Shown: positions 54,837-64,000 of the stretch, piece after piece
How the letters are laid out: each line of letters begins with the position of its first letter
How positions within the stretch are numbered: position 1 is the stretch's first letter
Virus record (IMG/VR): IMGVR_UViG_3300033463_000010
Location: 96,001 to 160,000 of that record
Length of the DNA stretch: 64,000 bases
Strand: one strand, 5' to 3'
Source: a virus
Taxonomy: Duplodnaviria; Caudoviricetes
The notes under the pieces: generated by a model
The model's database searches: none
What the model was told of the DNA's origin: nothing
What the model saw: the letters and a program-made list of their open reading frames with translations, nothing else
Program-made: the position numbers and the translations under genes

Positions 54837-56822
54837 AGTTCAATCCCCATAGAGGCTTCTAGTTCCTGGTCTTTCAAACGCTTGTATTTAGCAAGTGTCC
54901 GTAAATTGAAAATGCAGCCCTCTTCGTCTTTTCGCAACCTATCGTCGTCGGGGAAATCATTAAAGACTTCGCAGTATTCGTCTGCGTCTTCTAGCCCCAC
55001 TTCGTAGCGGTGATACGGACACTTGCTGCACTTCATACGCTACACCTTACGCAAGCATTCAGCGTCAAAGTAGCCACGGTAGCCCTGCAAGAACACAACT
55101 TCGTCCCCGCTGCAAGCCTGGAATGAATCGCCACGGCAGGACCACACCTTGCCCTTGTTGTTTTCCGCTTCCAGGCAGTCAACCATTTCTACCTGGTCGC
55201 CATCGTGAAATTTCGGGGTAAATTCTTTTTCGGTTTTCTTTGCCATTTTTGTTTTCCTTGTTGTTGGTTTAATACGTTCCCGAAATGCTAGTGATTTCTT
55301 GCATCGGGAAATCGTGTTGTTTCAAATAGTCACGGCAGCATTCACACAGTCTAACCGTGCGAAGTTCCTGGCGGTCCTGGATTTGGACTCGTTTGTGGTT
55401 GTCGCCTGTCCCACGTTTCCCGCACTTAAAGCATTCGTAGATAGGTTCGCCATTGGGTGCAGTTGCTACTACCATATTGATATTCCTTGTTAAGCCTTTA
55501 TATGAATTTTGTCGCTTCCGAATTGACGTGTGATACGGACGGGACGTAGTTCTTTTACCCAATATACGCACCCGCAATTACGGCACCAATATGCCCTGCT
55601 GCCGTCATATCCGCAGCCGACTACCTTACGCTCGCAGGAACTAGGACAGTCACAGGGCTGCTTCAATTCTGTAATCTTGTCCCAATCGGGGGCTTTACGC
55701 CAATCTTCGTCGCTTACCATAATTACACTCCAAATTTACCGCCAAAGAATGCCTTGAACGCTTCAAAATTTTTAGGGATTTCCCATTCCTTGTGCGGACG
55801 CTTCACCCTGTCTTCGGGCTGAATTTCACGACCGCATACAGGGCAGAAGTTAATCGGCATTTCAAGCGTTTCGTTCTCAAAGTAAACCCGCAGATTACCG
55901 TATTGGATATTAGCCCCGTGGCGAAGCAGTTTCTTGCCTACCAGGGTTATGGGGTTATACTTGCAATACATACAGGGTTCTTTATTCACGGGGGCACCTC
56001 ATTTAAGGTTCTTGAACGGGACCCATTGAACGTCAATACGGTTTCGCTCAAAAATTTGGTCCGTTAGATACACCAGGCACGGATAAGCCGTAGGATAGCC
56101 GAAAGCCATATCCCTGCAAGCCTTCTTCGTGTAGCCGTGCCCTACGGCATACAGGCTTTTGTCAAACCCGCTTTGCGTTTGGCAGTAGAACAGGTTCCCG
56201 AAGATACGGAAACAGTTGGGCTTCATTTTGTCGCCCGTGGGCTGTGCCCGCAGAAACGTTTGGCAGGACTGTGCCAGGGCTATGAGCATAAGGCTACGGG
56301 ACACGTCCTCGTTGCGGAACTTGAAAGCGGACTGCGTAAGGTCTAATCCCTGGTTGAACAGTCCGACCTTGCCGATGCCCTTGAACTTCTTACGGTCCAG
56401 GTAAATAATGTCACTTTTTGGAATTTCTTGCATTTTGGCGGTCCTCGTATTTCTTGTAAGCCTTTTCAATTCGGCTAACAGCGTCTTCCAGGGGAATGTT
56501 GCCCTTGACGCTATCACGACTAGCTTCTTCGGGAGTAAGGAAATCGGCCCCCATAAATTCGTAAAAACCTAGCTTATGCCCGTAGGAACCGTGGTGACAG
56601 ATTACGTCACCGTCGGACCACGGGAACGTAACAGCGTCACCGTGGTTATATACCTTGCCTAGCTTGAACGGGATATTCTTTTCTTTCAGCTTGTCCGTGA
56701 GCCGTGCGATATACGGGGCACCGTTGAAGTTCTCAACGTTGCCTACTATCGTCATAGCCATAAGGGATTCAAGCATATCCACATCGGCTTCGGTCATTTG
56801 TTCTTTTGCCATAAATACTCCA

Positions 56823-57137
56823 TTATCTGCGGAAAGCATAGTTCAAGGGTTTGTTCAACGACCACATATTCAGCACGGGGTCATACGGGAACGCCACGCC
56901 AGGATTTGCCCTGCGGATGCTCTTGATACGTGCTGCGACCTGCACCTTATGAATGCAGTCAAAGAACACGAACTTGTAATCGCCATACGGTAAGGTCCAA
57001 TGCTTCGTGGAACCGCCACGCTTCTTCATACGCAAGTAGCTGTCGGCTGCTTCAAAGCCCAGGTCCTTGTAGAACTGCGGAACGGTATCATAACCTTTGG
57101 CGGTGAGCCATTTTGGAATACGGGCGGTTTTGGGCAT
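56823..57137 (-). CDS. hypothetical basic early protein
   Basis: start MPKTA behind promoter 57179-57207. Confidence 0.75.
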   Translation of the reverse strand: MPKTARIPKWLTAKGYDTVPQFYKDLGFEAADSYLRMKKRGGSTKHWTLPYGDYKFVFFDCIHKVQVAARIKSIRRANPGVAFPYDPVLNMWSLNKPLNYAFRR

Positions 57138-57178
57138 TGAGCTATCCTCGGTTAAAGTGGTTGTTTCTTTACACCCTA

Positions 57179-57207
57179 AATATAACAATTTACCTAGTCC
57201 CTGTCAA
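57179..57207 (-). promoter_or_regulatory. promoter with tttaccta/taggtaaa inverted repeat
   Basis: direct match. Confidence 0.9.
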
Positions 57208-57234
57208 TAGGTAAACTGAAAAATTTTAAAAATA

Positions 57235-57270
57235 AAAATGCCCCGCAGGTCGTGAAATCCTGCGGGGCAC
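57235..57270 (-). terminator. intrinsic terminator
   Basis: tgccccgcagg...cctgcggggca followed by a T-run on the - strand. Confidence 0.85.
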
Positions 57271-57287
57271 CCAACCACCCCTAGCGG

Positions 57288-58045
57288 TTACTTTTCACCC
57301 AAAAGTTCACGGGGAATCCACTTGCCCGTTCGGGCACGGTGGATATAGTTTTCGGCTTTCTGCAAGTCAATTTCCACGCTGTCCTTGCGACCCACACGAA
57401 GGATATACTTCAAAGCAGACGCACACAGGAACTTTTGCGTAAGCGTCAACTTGCAATCCATTTCCATAAAGTTTTCCAGGATAGCAATAGACTCAATGCC
57501 TAGCTTTTCTAGTCCCTTATAGTGCGAGGGGTCCGTGGCTTTCTTGACCTGCTCAACGGCTTCATTCGGTTCACTCATTTTTTCGTTCCTTTGGTTAATA
57601 ATGGTTTCACAATTATAGTACTTTCCTAGCTCCGTGAATACTAGGGCTTTCAACCGCTGCACGGTTTTATCCGTAAGAATGTCGTCTAGTTCGTTGAGCG
57701 TTAGGCGGTGCTTGACGGGTTCGGTGTGTTCTACGTCTGCCGTCCACGACTTGCCCAATTCAACCATAGCACGGTCCGTGTAGCTAAATTCTAGTGTAAT
57801 CTTATGCGGGTCCTTTTCACGGGGACCCCCCAACACATTCAAGGTGTCCGTCCTGTAAAGCGTTATCTTGAACGGGTTAATTAAAAGACCGTCATTCTCA
57901 AACACGCAGAGCCAATTCACGTCAAGGTCCTGCGTATGGTATGAAACTACGTCCTGGACGTATTTGGAATGCTCCAACACGTCCTGCAAATTGAACAGGC
58001 GTATGTTTGGATTTTCCAGGTATGTCTGTATAAACGATTTAGCCA
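57288..58045 (-). CDS. protein with C-terminal DUF3310-like domain
   Basis: PSHY...IESI.ILE...KY..R.G.K....DL.KA..Y; start uncertain. Confidence 0.7.
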
Positions 58046-58482
58046 TTACTGCGGTTCCCCTGCGTGGCTTGTCTGCCACGATATATGGATTAGTTCGTCC
58101 TTGTGGTGCGTGTCGGGAACGATACGGAACCCACGGCTACGAAGCGAATCCTTGACGGCATTACGGTATTTCTTTGCGTCCACATACTTGAAGTAGGTGT
58201 TTTCAAAAGCCGAGGTGTCAACCGTCACTTCACATTTACGGTCTTTCGCAGCATCGTCTATGAGAGCTAGGACCTGGTAAAGCATTTTGTTGGCGTGTTC
58301 ACGGACTTTCTTGTGCATAACTTTCTGTGCGGTCTTCGTCACTAATTGTGCTTCGGCACAGGTGTAATTCTTGATACGGTCCCGTTTCCGCTTATAGTAT
58401 ATAACCCCCAGGACAATGCCTACGGCTATAAGCAACAATACGGACGTTACCGCAATCAAGAATACAGGTGACGCACACATAG

Positions 58483-59340
58483 CTAGGTCTTGTCCTTGAC
58501 AACGTAATCGTCAATGATTACGGGGTGAACATACACTGTGGAATTGGAGCTACCTTCAAACGTGATAACCTGGTAGCCAGGAATAGGAATAGCTACGCAG
58601 TCCTTTGAATACGGGTCAATTTGACACTGAATGCCAGGGCATACGTGCATATTGACATCTACCCCGTCAAGCCTGCTGTTAATGGTCGTAGCGTTCACAG
58701 TGGCTAAATGGTGGAAATGCCCACAGAAGTATTCAAAAGTGTAGGGTGCTATCAAGTCGCCCACTTCTGCGGGAAGCAGGTTATCCTTCATAAAGCGGTG
58801 ATACAGGCGGGAATTTTGGAACGGCTTGTGCGTGAACAGCAGCGTGTCTGCCGTGTTCCACTTGTTTTCCAATACGTGAGCAGCAAGTTTGGTAATGCCC
58901 TTGTAAGGGTCCACCGTTCCCGAATCCAGGACAACAAGCGTCTTGCTGCCAACAGTAGCAAACAAGCACTGACCGCCAACGTCCTTGAAACCGTCGGTCT
59001 GCTTTAAGCCCCACTGCAAACAGGGAAGAACTTTGCCTGCTACTTCTGTAAGGATTGCACGGTTGTCGTGATTCCCAGGCGTGACAAGCAGCGGGGACTT
59101 TTCGTCCTTGCGAAGTTCAAGTGCGTCCTTGAAGACCTTTTCGTAACGTTCACGCTTTACGTCGTCGGAAACTTTCGGGTCGTCGTCAACAATGTCGCCC
59201 GTAATCACGATAGCGTCGTAACCCGTAGGCAGTGTCTTTTGGGCACTGCGAACAACTGCGTCCCATTGGTCAGCAGTATCAAATTTGCCGTCGTAATCCG
59301 CACCGTAATGAATGTCGGATAGCTGCAAAATGTTATACAT
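58483..59340 (-). CDS. calcineurin-like metallophosphoesterase (CpdA/Icc-like)
   Basis: LSDIH, TGDIVD, PGNHD, HKP, GHFH motifs. Confidence 0.9.
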   Translation of the reverse strand: MYNILQLSDIHYGADYDGKFDTADQWDAVVRSAQKTLPTGYDAIVITGDIVDDDPKVSDDVKRERYEKVFKDALELRKDEKSPLLVTPGNHDNRAILTEVAGKVLPCLQWGLKQTDGFKDVGGQCLFATVGSKTLVVLDSGTVDPYKGITKLAAHVLENKWNTADTLLFTHKPFQNSRLYHRFMKDNLLPAEVGDLIAPYTFEYFCGHFHHLATVNATTINSRLDGVDVNMHVCPGIQCQIDPYSKDCVAIPIPGYQVITFEGSSNSTVYVHPVIIDDYVVKDKT

Positions 59341-59558
59341 TTAATCCTCGGTTGTTAAATGGTTATCCACCCATTCGGAGCCTAACAGGACGGCAATAGC
59401 GTAGTAAATGCCTTCTTCGTAGCCTGCACCAAATGAGCGTTCGTCCAACGTGGGGTCCTTTGCGGACGCTATACGGAACGCACTAGAACCCTCACGGATA
59501 GTCTTGTAGTTCTTTACGGAGTTGAGCAGTCCCGTAACTTCTGCGTCCGTGACCTGCA

Positions 59559-60032
59559 TTACTTCTTTGCCTTTTTCGGGGCAGCAGCCTTGACGGTCTT
59601 GTAGGTGCCGTTACTCCAAACGAACTTGTCACCGTAATCCGTCACGATTGTAAAGTTCTTGACATTAGACAACGGCTTGTTATCCACGCCCAGGACGTTC
59701 GGTTCCTTACGGACAATATCAAAGCAGAAGCCGAACATACTTTCACCGATTTCTGCGATTGTCTTTGTGTTAATGTCAAAGTCAAGGGCTACGGTCTTCG
59801 GATAGATTTTGAACTTCACGAAGCACCTTACGGACTTCTTACCCACGACAAGCGTATAGGGGATATGGAGCATCACTGCGTCTTCAGTGCGTTCCTTGAT
59901 TGTGGCGTTGGTATAAAGAGCCAGGGCGTGAACACACAGGTTGCCTACTTCGCTAGAAGCAGCCTTTTTAGCACGGGGCTTCTTCGGGGTGGCAGTCTTT
60001 GTTTCAGTCTTGGGGGCAATCTTTTTAGCCAT
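59559..60032 (-). CDS. protein with Lys/Ala/Pro-rich basic termini
   Basis: MAKKIAPKTETKTATPKKPRAKKAA...KAAAPKKAKK; aagga RBS. Confidence 0.7.
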   Translation of the reverse strand: MAKKIAPKTETKTATPKKPRAKKAASSEVGNLCVHALALYTNATIKERTEDAVMLHIPYTLVVGKKSVRCFVKFKIYPKTVALDFDINTKTIAEIGESMFGFCFDIVRKEPNVLGVDNKPLSNVKNFTIVTDYGDKFVWSNGTYKTVKAAAPKKAKK

Positions 60033-61894
60033 AGGTTTTCCTTTGTTAAATAGTTTTCTAATACATATATAGTCGCTTAACGTCATAATTTGCGAGCGGG
60101 TATGCTATCCGAGGATAACGCCCAGGCGACTACACCATCCAGGCGGGTCCCGTCGGGTCGTGCCCAGGTCTTGTTCCTGCGGTTGTAAATACCCTCTTCA
60201 ACAAATCCGTCGGCACTTTTTGTTAGGACTTTTAGAACTTCTTTATTGGGTGTTCCCCAGGCAACGGGGACCCACTTAATCTTCATATTGGTTTCTTCTT
60301 GCATTTATACTCACTTGTTTACTAAAATGCCCGTGGGGGCGACTCGGTAAGTCACGGGTGTTTAGGTGTTTGAGAATAGTGCGGTCGTCGCACTTGCCCC
60401 CGTAAGGCTAATATCTAATCGTTGTATCGCTTTTGGAAAGCCTGCAACAATTCCTTTGTTTCCATAAGTTCCGATTTCAACGCTTTGTTTTCTTCCTGGA
60501 AGCGTTCAACTTGGGACCCGCAATCCGTATGAGGCTTTCGCTGCAAGTCCCACAGGTTCTTTTCAAGGTCCGTAATCTTTTCTTTCATTCGCAGAATGCA
60601 AGCGTCTTTTGTGTCCGCAGCGTCCTGCAACTTCTTGATAGTTTCGTCCTTTGATTTAAGAACTTCGTCAACGTCGTCCTTTGCGTAGCAGAAGATAGCC
60701 CCGTCGCACGGGTTAAGCATTTTCTTCTGTGGGATAGCACAGATAAGTTTGAGTTCGGTCATAGCGGGTTCCTTTAATGTTTGCGGACAAGCACCAGGCG
60801 AAGCATAATTTCGGAATCAATCGGCTGCTCAATACAGGGCTTGCTGTTTTCCAGGGTTGCACCTAGACCGCCACGCAATCCAAGCAATCCGAGGGTCCCG
60901 TCGTCTTTCATTCCCCAGGTTCCCAAGAGCGATTCGCTCAACGGGTTATCCTGGCTAATGTCTTGGAGCATAGCGGGTCGCCACTGCGTTCGGAACTTCT
61001 TAATCACACGTTCGGCAGCGGACCTGGTGTAGTAGGCGTGACCCGTTTGGAGCGAATAATCAATCCCAGGCATATCATCGTCATAAAGGGTTTCCTGGTA
61101 TTTCGGTCCGTCAATCTTCGGATAGATATACGCTTTCAAAAGGGACTGCAAAGAACGGCAGGCATAGTCAATGGCTCCCGTAATCTTGCGGAGTTTGTTA
61201 TCGTCAATGCCTGCGATATTTGTGGCTGCGTCGGTAATGTCCTTGTTGGTCTTACGCAGCGAATGAGAAATCTGTTTAAGTCTGCAAATGTTTTCCATTA
61301 AATGCCTCTATTGTAGTGAATTGTATATAAGGTTCCACACCATATTAACCACTTCTTGTTCTTCTAGGTAATCTTGCTTGGAGGTTCAACATTCGTTCCT
61401 GCCAACTAATCAACGCATTCTTTTTTTTGCAGAATGTCATCCACGTCTTTCGCTAGATAGGCACGATGCTCAATACCATTTATTTTTATCGGATATGATT
61501 TCAAAGTGTCGGTTAATTTACTCATTTTAATCCTACCATCGTAGCATATTGATAAAGAAGATAAAACGGGGTCCTCTTGATTTGTCGCCATAGCGTCTAA
61601 ATTTTTCTGCACGGTAGGTTTCACCCCCGCTAGGCAAATACTTAAAATCACGCATAAACTTGGAAAGTTCGTGTGCATATTCTTTCAACAATGCCTGTCT
61701 TTTCAATAAGTTATCCGTGCGACGTATAACCTTTGAACGGAAGGCTAATTTTTCAAGACCATCAAAATAACCTTTAACATATTTTTCAAACTCATTCATT
61801 TAGGACCTCATATAAACAGACTTGATTGGGCATTGTATATAATCCCATATTATAGATATAGTCGGTTAGCGTAAACAGCCGTTCATATCACGGG

Positions 61895-63133
61895 CTACCC
61901 ACACTTTAATGTTGTGCAGGTTTCCTGCTTCATAGAACCACTACTTTTTAGGTCTATCACTAGACGGTCATCCATAGGCGGGTTCTCCCCAGGCTTACTT
62001 TCGGGTGGAACGCACCCTACGTCTAAAAGTCTTAATCCTTCATCAAGTATGTTCCTGGCTGCGTTTATATCCCTGTCGTGATGAACTCTACATTTAGGGC
62101 ATACCCACTCACGAACATTTAGTGCCATTGATGACATTACGTGTCCGCAATGGTTACAACGCTTGCTAGTAGGACTCCACCTATCCACTACAATAAGTTT
62201 TCGTCCATACCAACCGCACTTGTATGACAGCATAAACCGTATCATTGAGAACGAACAGTCCGATACGGACTTGGCTAGGCTATGGTTCTTGAGCATACCT
62301 CTAACGTTCAAGTCCTCTATGCAGATTATGTCGTTCTCCCTAACTAGCCTTGTTGTCAATTTATGAAGGTAGTCTTTTCTTCTGTTGCCTAGTTTTTCAT
62401 AGGCGGTAGCAAGTTTAAGCCGTGCTTTCTCACGATTCTTGCTGCCTTTAGATTTCTTTGAAAGAACTTTCTGTAAATGCTTTATACGCTTTTCGGAGTT
62501 CTTCAATAAGTGCTTGTTTTCAAACTTTTCACCACTTGAAGTGATGATTAAATCCTTAACACCCAAGTCAAGTCCTACGCAACTACCTGTATGTTCGTAT
62601 TCTTGAACTTCTACATCGCAGCATACAGACACAAAATACTTATTTGTGTTCGTCCGCTTAATAGTTAAGTTGCGGATTTTCTTGATTTTAGACAAATCCA
62701 GGTTCTTGTAATTTCTAAACCTAACCCACTTGATTACAGGTATGAATATCTTGCTGTCCTTGAACAGTCTATCGGGTGTATTAGGCATTGAAGTGTTATG
62801 ATACTTACCTGCGTGAGTCTTTTTCTTGAATTTAGGAAAGCCTATATCCCCACCCTTCTTCAAGGATTTATACCAATTCTTGAACGCCCGTTCTAGTTCT
62901 ATTTTAGCATAGTTTAGGCATTGGCTATCTACTTCTTTCATCCAAGGGTAGAAGTCTTTGAGCGAACTCCAATTCGGACTGAAATTCTTAACCCCATAAT
63001 CACGATACAAGGTAATCTTCGTATTTAACATAGCATTATAGGCTACACGTTCAGCACCGATGCACTTATTAAAGAACACCGCTTGTGCTTTCGTAGGGTT
63101 TAGTCTTAACTCTATGCCTTTTGTAACTACCAT
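61895..63133 (-). mobile_element. tnpB: solo IS200/IS605-family TnpB (IS1341-like) with overlapping 3' omegaRNA region
   Basis: N-terminal LRLNPT..Q..F....G..R..YN, RuvC GLDLG / IEDL / DRDINAARNI, CxxC..CxxC; no tnpA nearby; AT-richer than flanks. Confidence 0.92.
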
Positions 63134-63296
63134 AAAACAAAAATCCTGTCGCTAATTACGGTAACGACAGGATAACACCCTTGCGGGTATTTTTGAAACT
63201 CAACTGTATTGTCGGAACCGTAATTTCCTGCCATAAATATACATAAACCTTTCAAGAAATACAAGTAGATTTTAATAAACTTTTATGCACCATAGT

Positions 63297-64000
63297 CTAG
63301 TAAGCGAACGTGTGTAAAAGGTATTTGGACAGGTCTTCGTTTTCGGCAACATTCTCTTTATGCAGAATGCCCTTTTTACACAGGACCCGATAGGTGTTGA
63401 ACGACAGGCTGTGGCGTTCTTCAAAAAGCCTGCTTGCCTTTTCAAAACTGCTTTCGCCCCTGTGGACCTTGTTCTTACGCAGGGACGGGTTGTTAATCAC
63501 CGTGGGCAGCTTGCCGTCCACGTAGTTTTTGAACATTCCACGCAGACCCCTCCAGGCGTTTTCTACACGGGAGCGGGACCAACCCTTTTCCTTGTAGAAC
63601 TTGTTATAGATATGGGACTCTGTGAGAATGCCACGGGACCGCTGCCGTGCAAGCGACAAGTGCTTCACAGGCTCACGGTCAAGCCTGCCCTCGCAGAAAT
63701 CCTTGAATATCTGCAAGGCATCGCCACGCAGGGCACGGATATACGGGAGCATAGCTTTCGGGTAGTCGTGACCTTCTTCGGTCCCGTCGGAAAGTTTCTT
63801 GCTGTAATCTTCCAGGATATACCCGCAGGTCACGTCGGAAATGTCAATCGGGTCGTCGTCGGGTTGACGCTCCGTAGATTCGGAAATATCCCGCATTGTT
63901 TGAATAGGCGTGAGGGCGTTGTCGTCGGAACACGCAGGATTGATAGCCTTTCTAGCCCACGCTTTGCTTTTCTTTGCAGCGGGCTTCTTGACCTTTTCAA
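63297..64000 (-). CDS. hypothetical protein, 5' end outside the window
   Basis: frame stays open from 63896 to the window edge. Confidence 0.7.
   Translation of the reverse strand, partial: EKVKKPAAKKSKAWARKAINPACSDDNALTPIQTMRDISESTERQPDDDPIDISDVTCGYILEDYSKKLSDGTEEGHDYPKAMLPYIRALRGDALQIFKDFCEGRLDREPVKHLSLARQRSRGILTESHIYNKFYKEKGWSRSRVENAWRGLRGMFKNYVDGKLPTVINNPSLRKNKVHRGESSFEKASRLFEERHSLSFNTYRVLCKKGILHKENVAENEDLSKYLLHTFAY

Noticed and set aside
45925-57188. Long N-terminal extensions in the ORF track for 45925..46764, 52253..52654 and 56823..57188
   Set aside because: They run through promoter and leader DNA; the shared 'TEDS' peptide is the translated accgagga RBS, not a protein motif.
61884-61893. 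TnpB guide matching the aberrant tRNA (ccgtgatatg at about 42242)
   Set aside because: Only 10 nt, also present near 23440; expected by chance.
10839-62366. Numerous + strand ORFs in the ORF track overlapping - strand genes (and - strand ORFs in 1-7 kb)
   Set aside because: Shadow ORFs without RBS, antisense to well-packed operons.
1-64000. Alternative genetic code (TAG/TGA recoding)
   Set aside because: Genes pack tightly in the standard code with TAG, TGA and TAA all ending ORFs at gene junctions; no suppressor tRNA seen.
1-64000. CRISPR array
   Set aside because: No regularly spaced direct repeats; the recurring motifs are dispersed promoter elements.

Overview
This looks like a 64-kb segment of a large lytic tailed-phage genome (early/accessory region; host not determinable). 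It holds well over 100 short, tightly packed, mostly hypothetical ORFs that read in the standard code: + strand from 1 to about 10.4 kb, - strand from about 10.6 kb to the end. No virion or core replication genes were recognised. Recognisable products: two HNH-type nucleases, an amino (N6-A/N4-C) DNA methyltransferase, CoaD, a SpoVG-like protein, a PseT-like HAD 3'-phosphatase, DUF2958/DUF4314/ASCH/DUF3310-like proteins, a CpdA-like metallophosphoesterase and a solo IS200/IS605-family TnpB. At least 14 TTGACA-N17-TATATT promoters share a phage-specific AGRTA box, and there are several paralogous small-protein families. The main discovery is at 41936-42864 (-): a tRNA operon (Phe, Glu, Ala, Asn, Tyr, Ser plus two non-canonical tRNA-like RNAs) preceded by a promoter, a 28-aa leader peptide in which 24 of 27 post-Met residues are exactly those six amino acids, and a mutually exclusive terminator/antiterminator. 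This suggests a ribosome-stalling attenuator that transcribes the phage tRNAs only when the same tRNAs run short. All calls are by eye; no searches were run.
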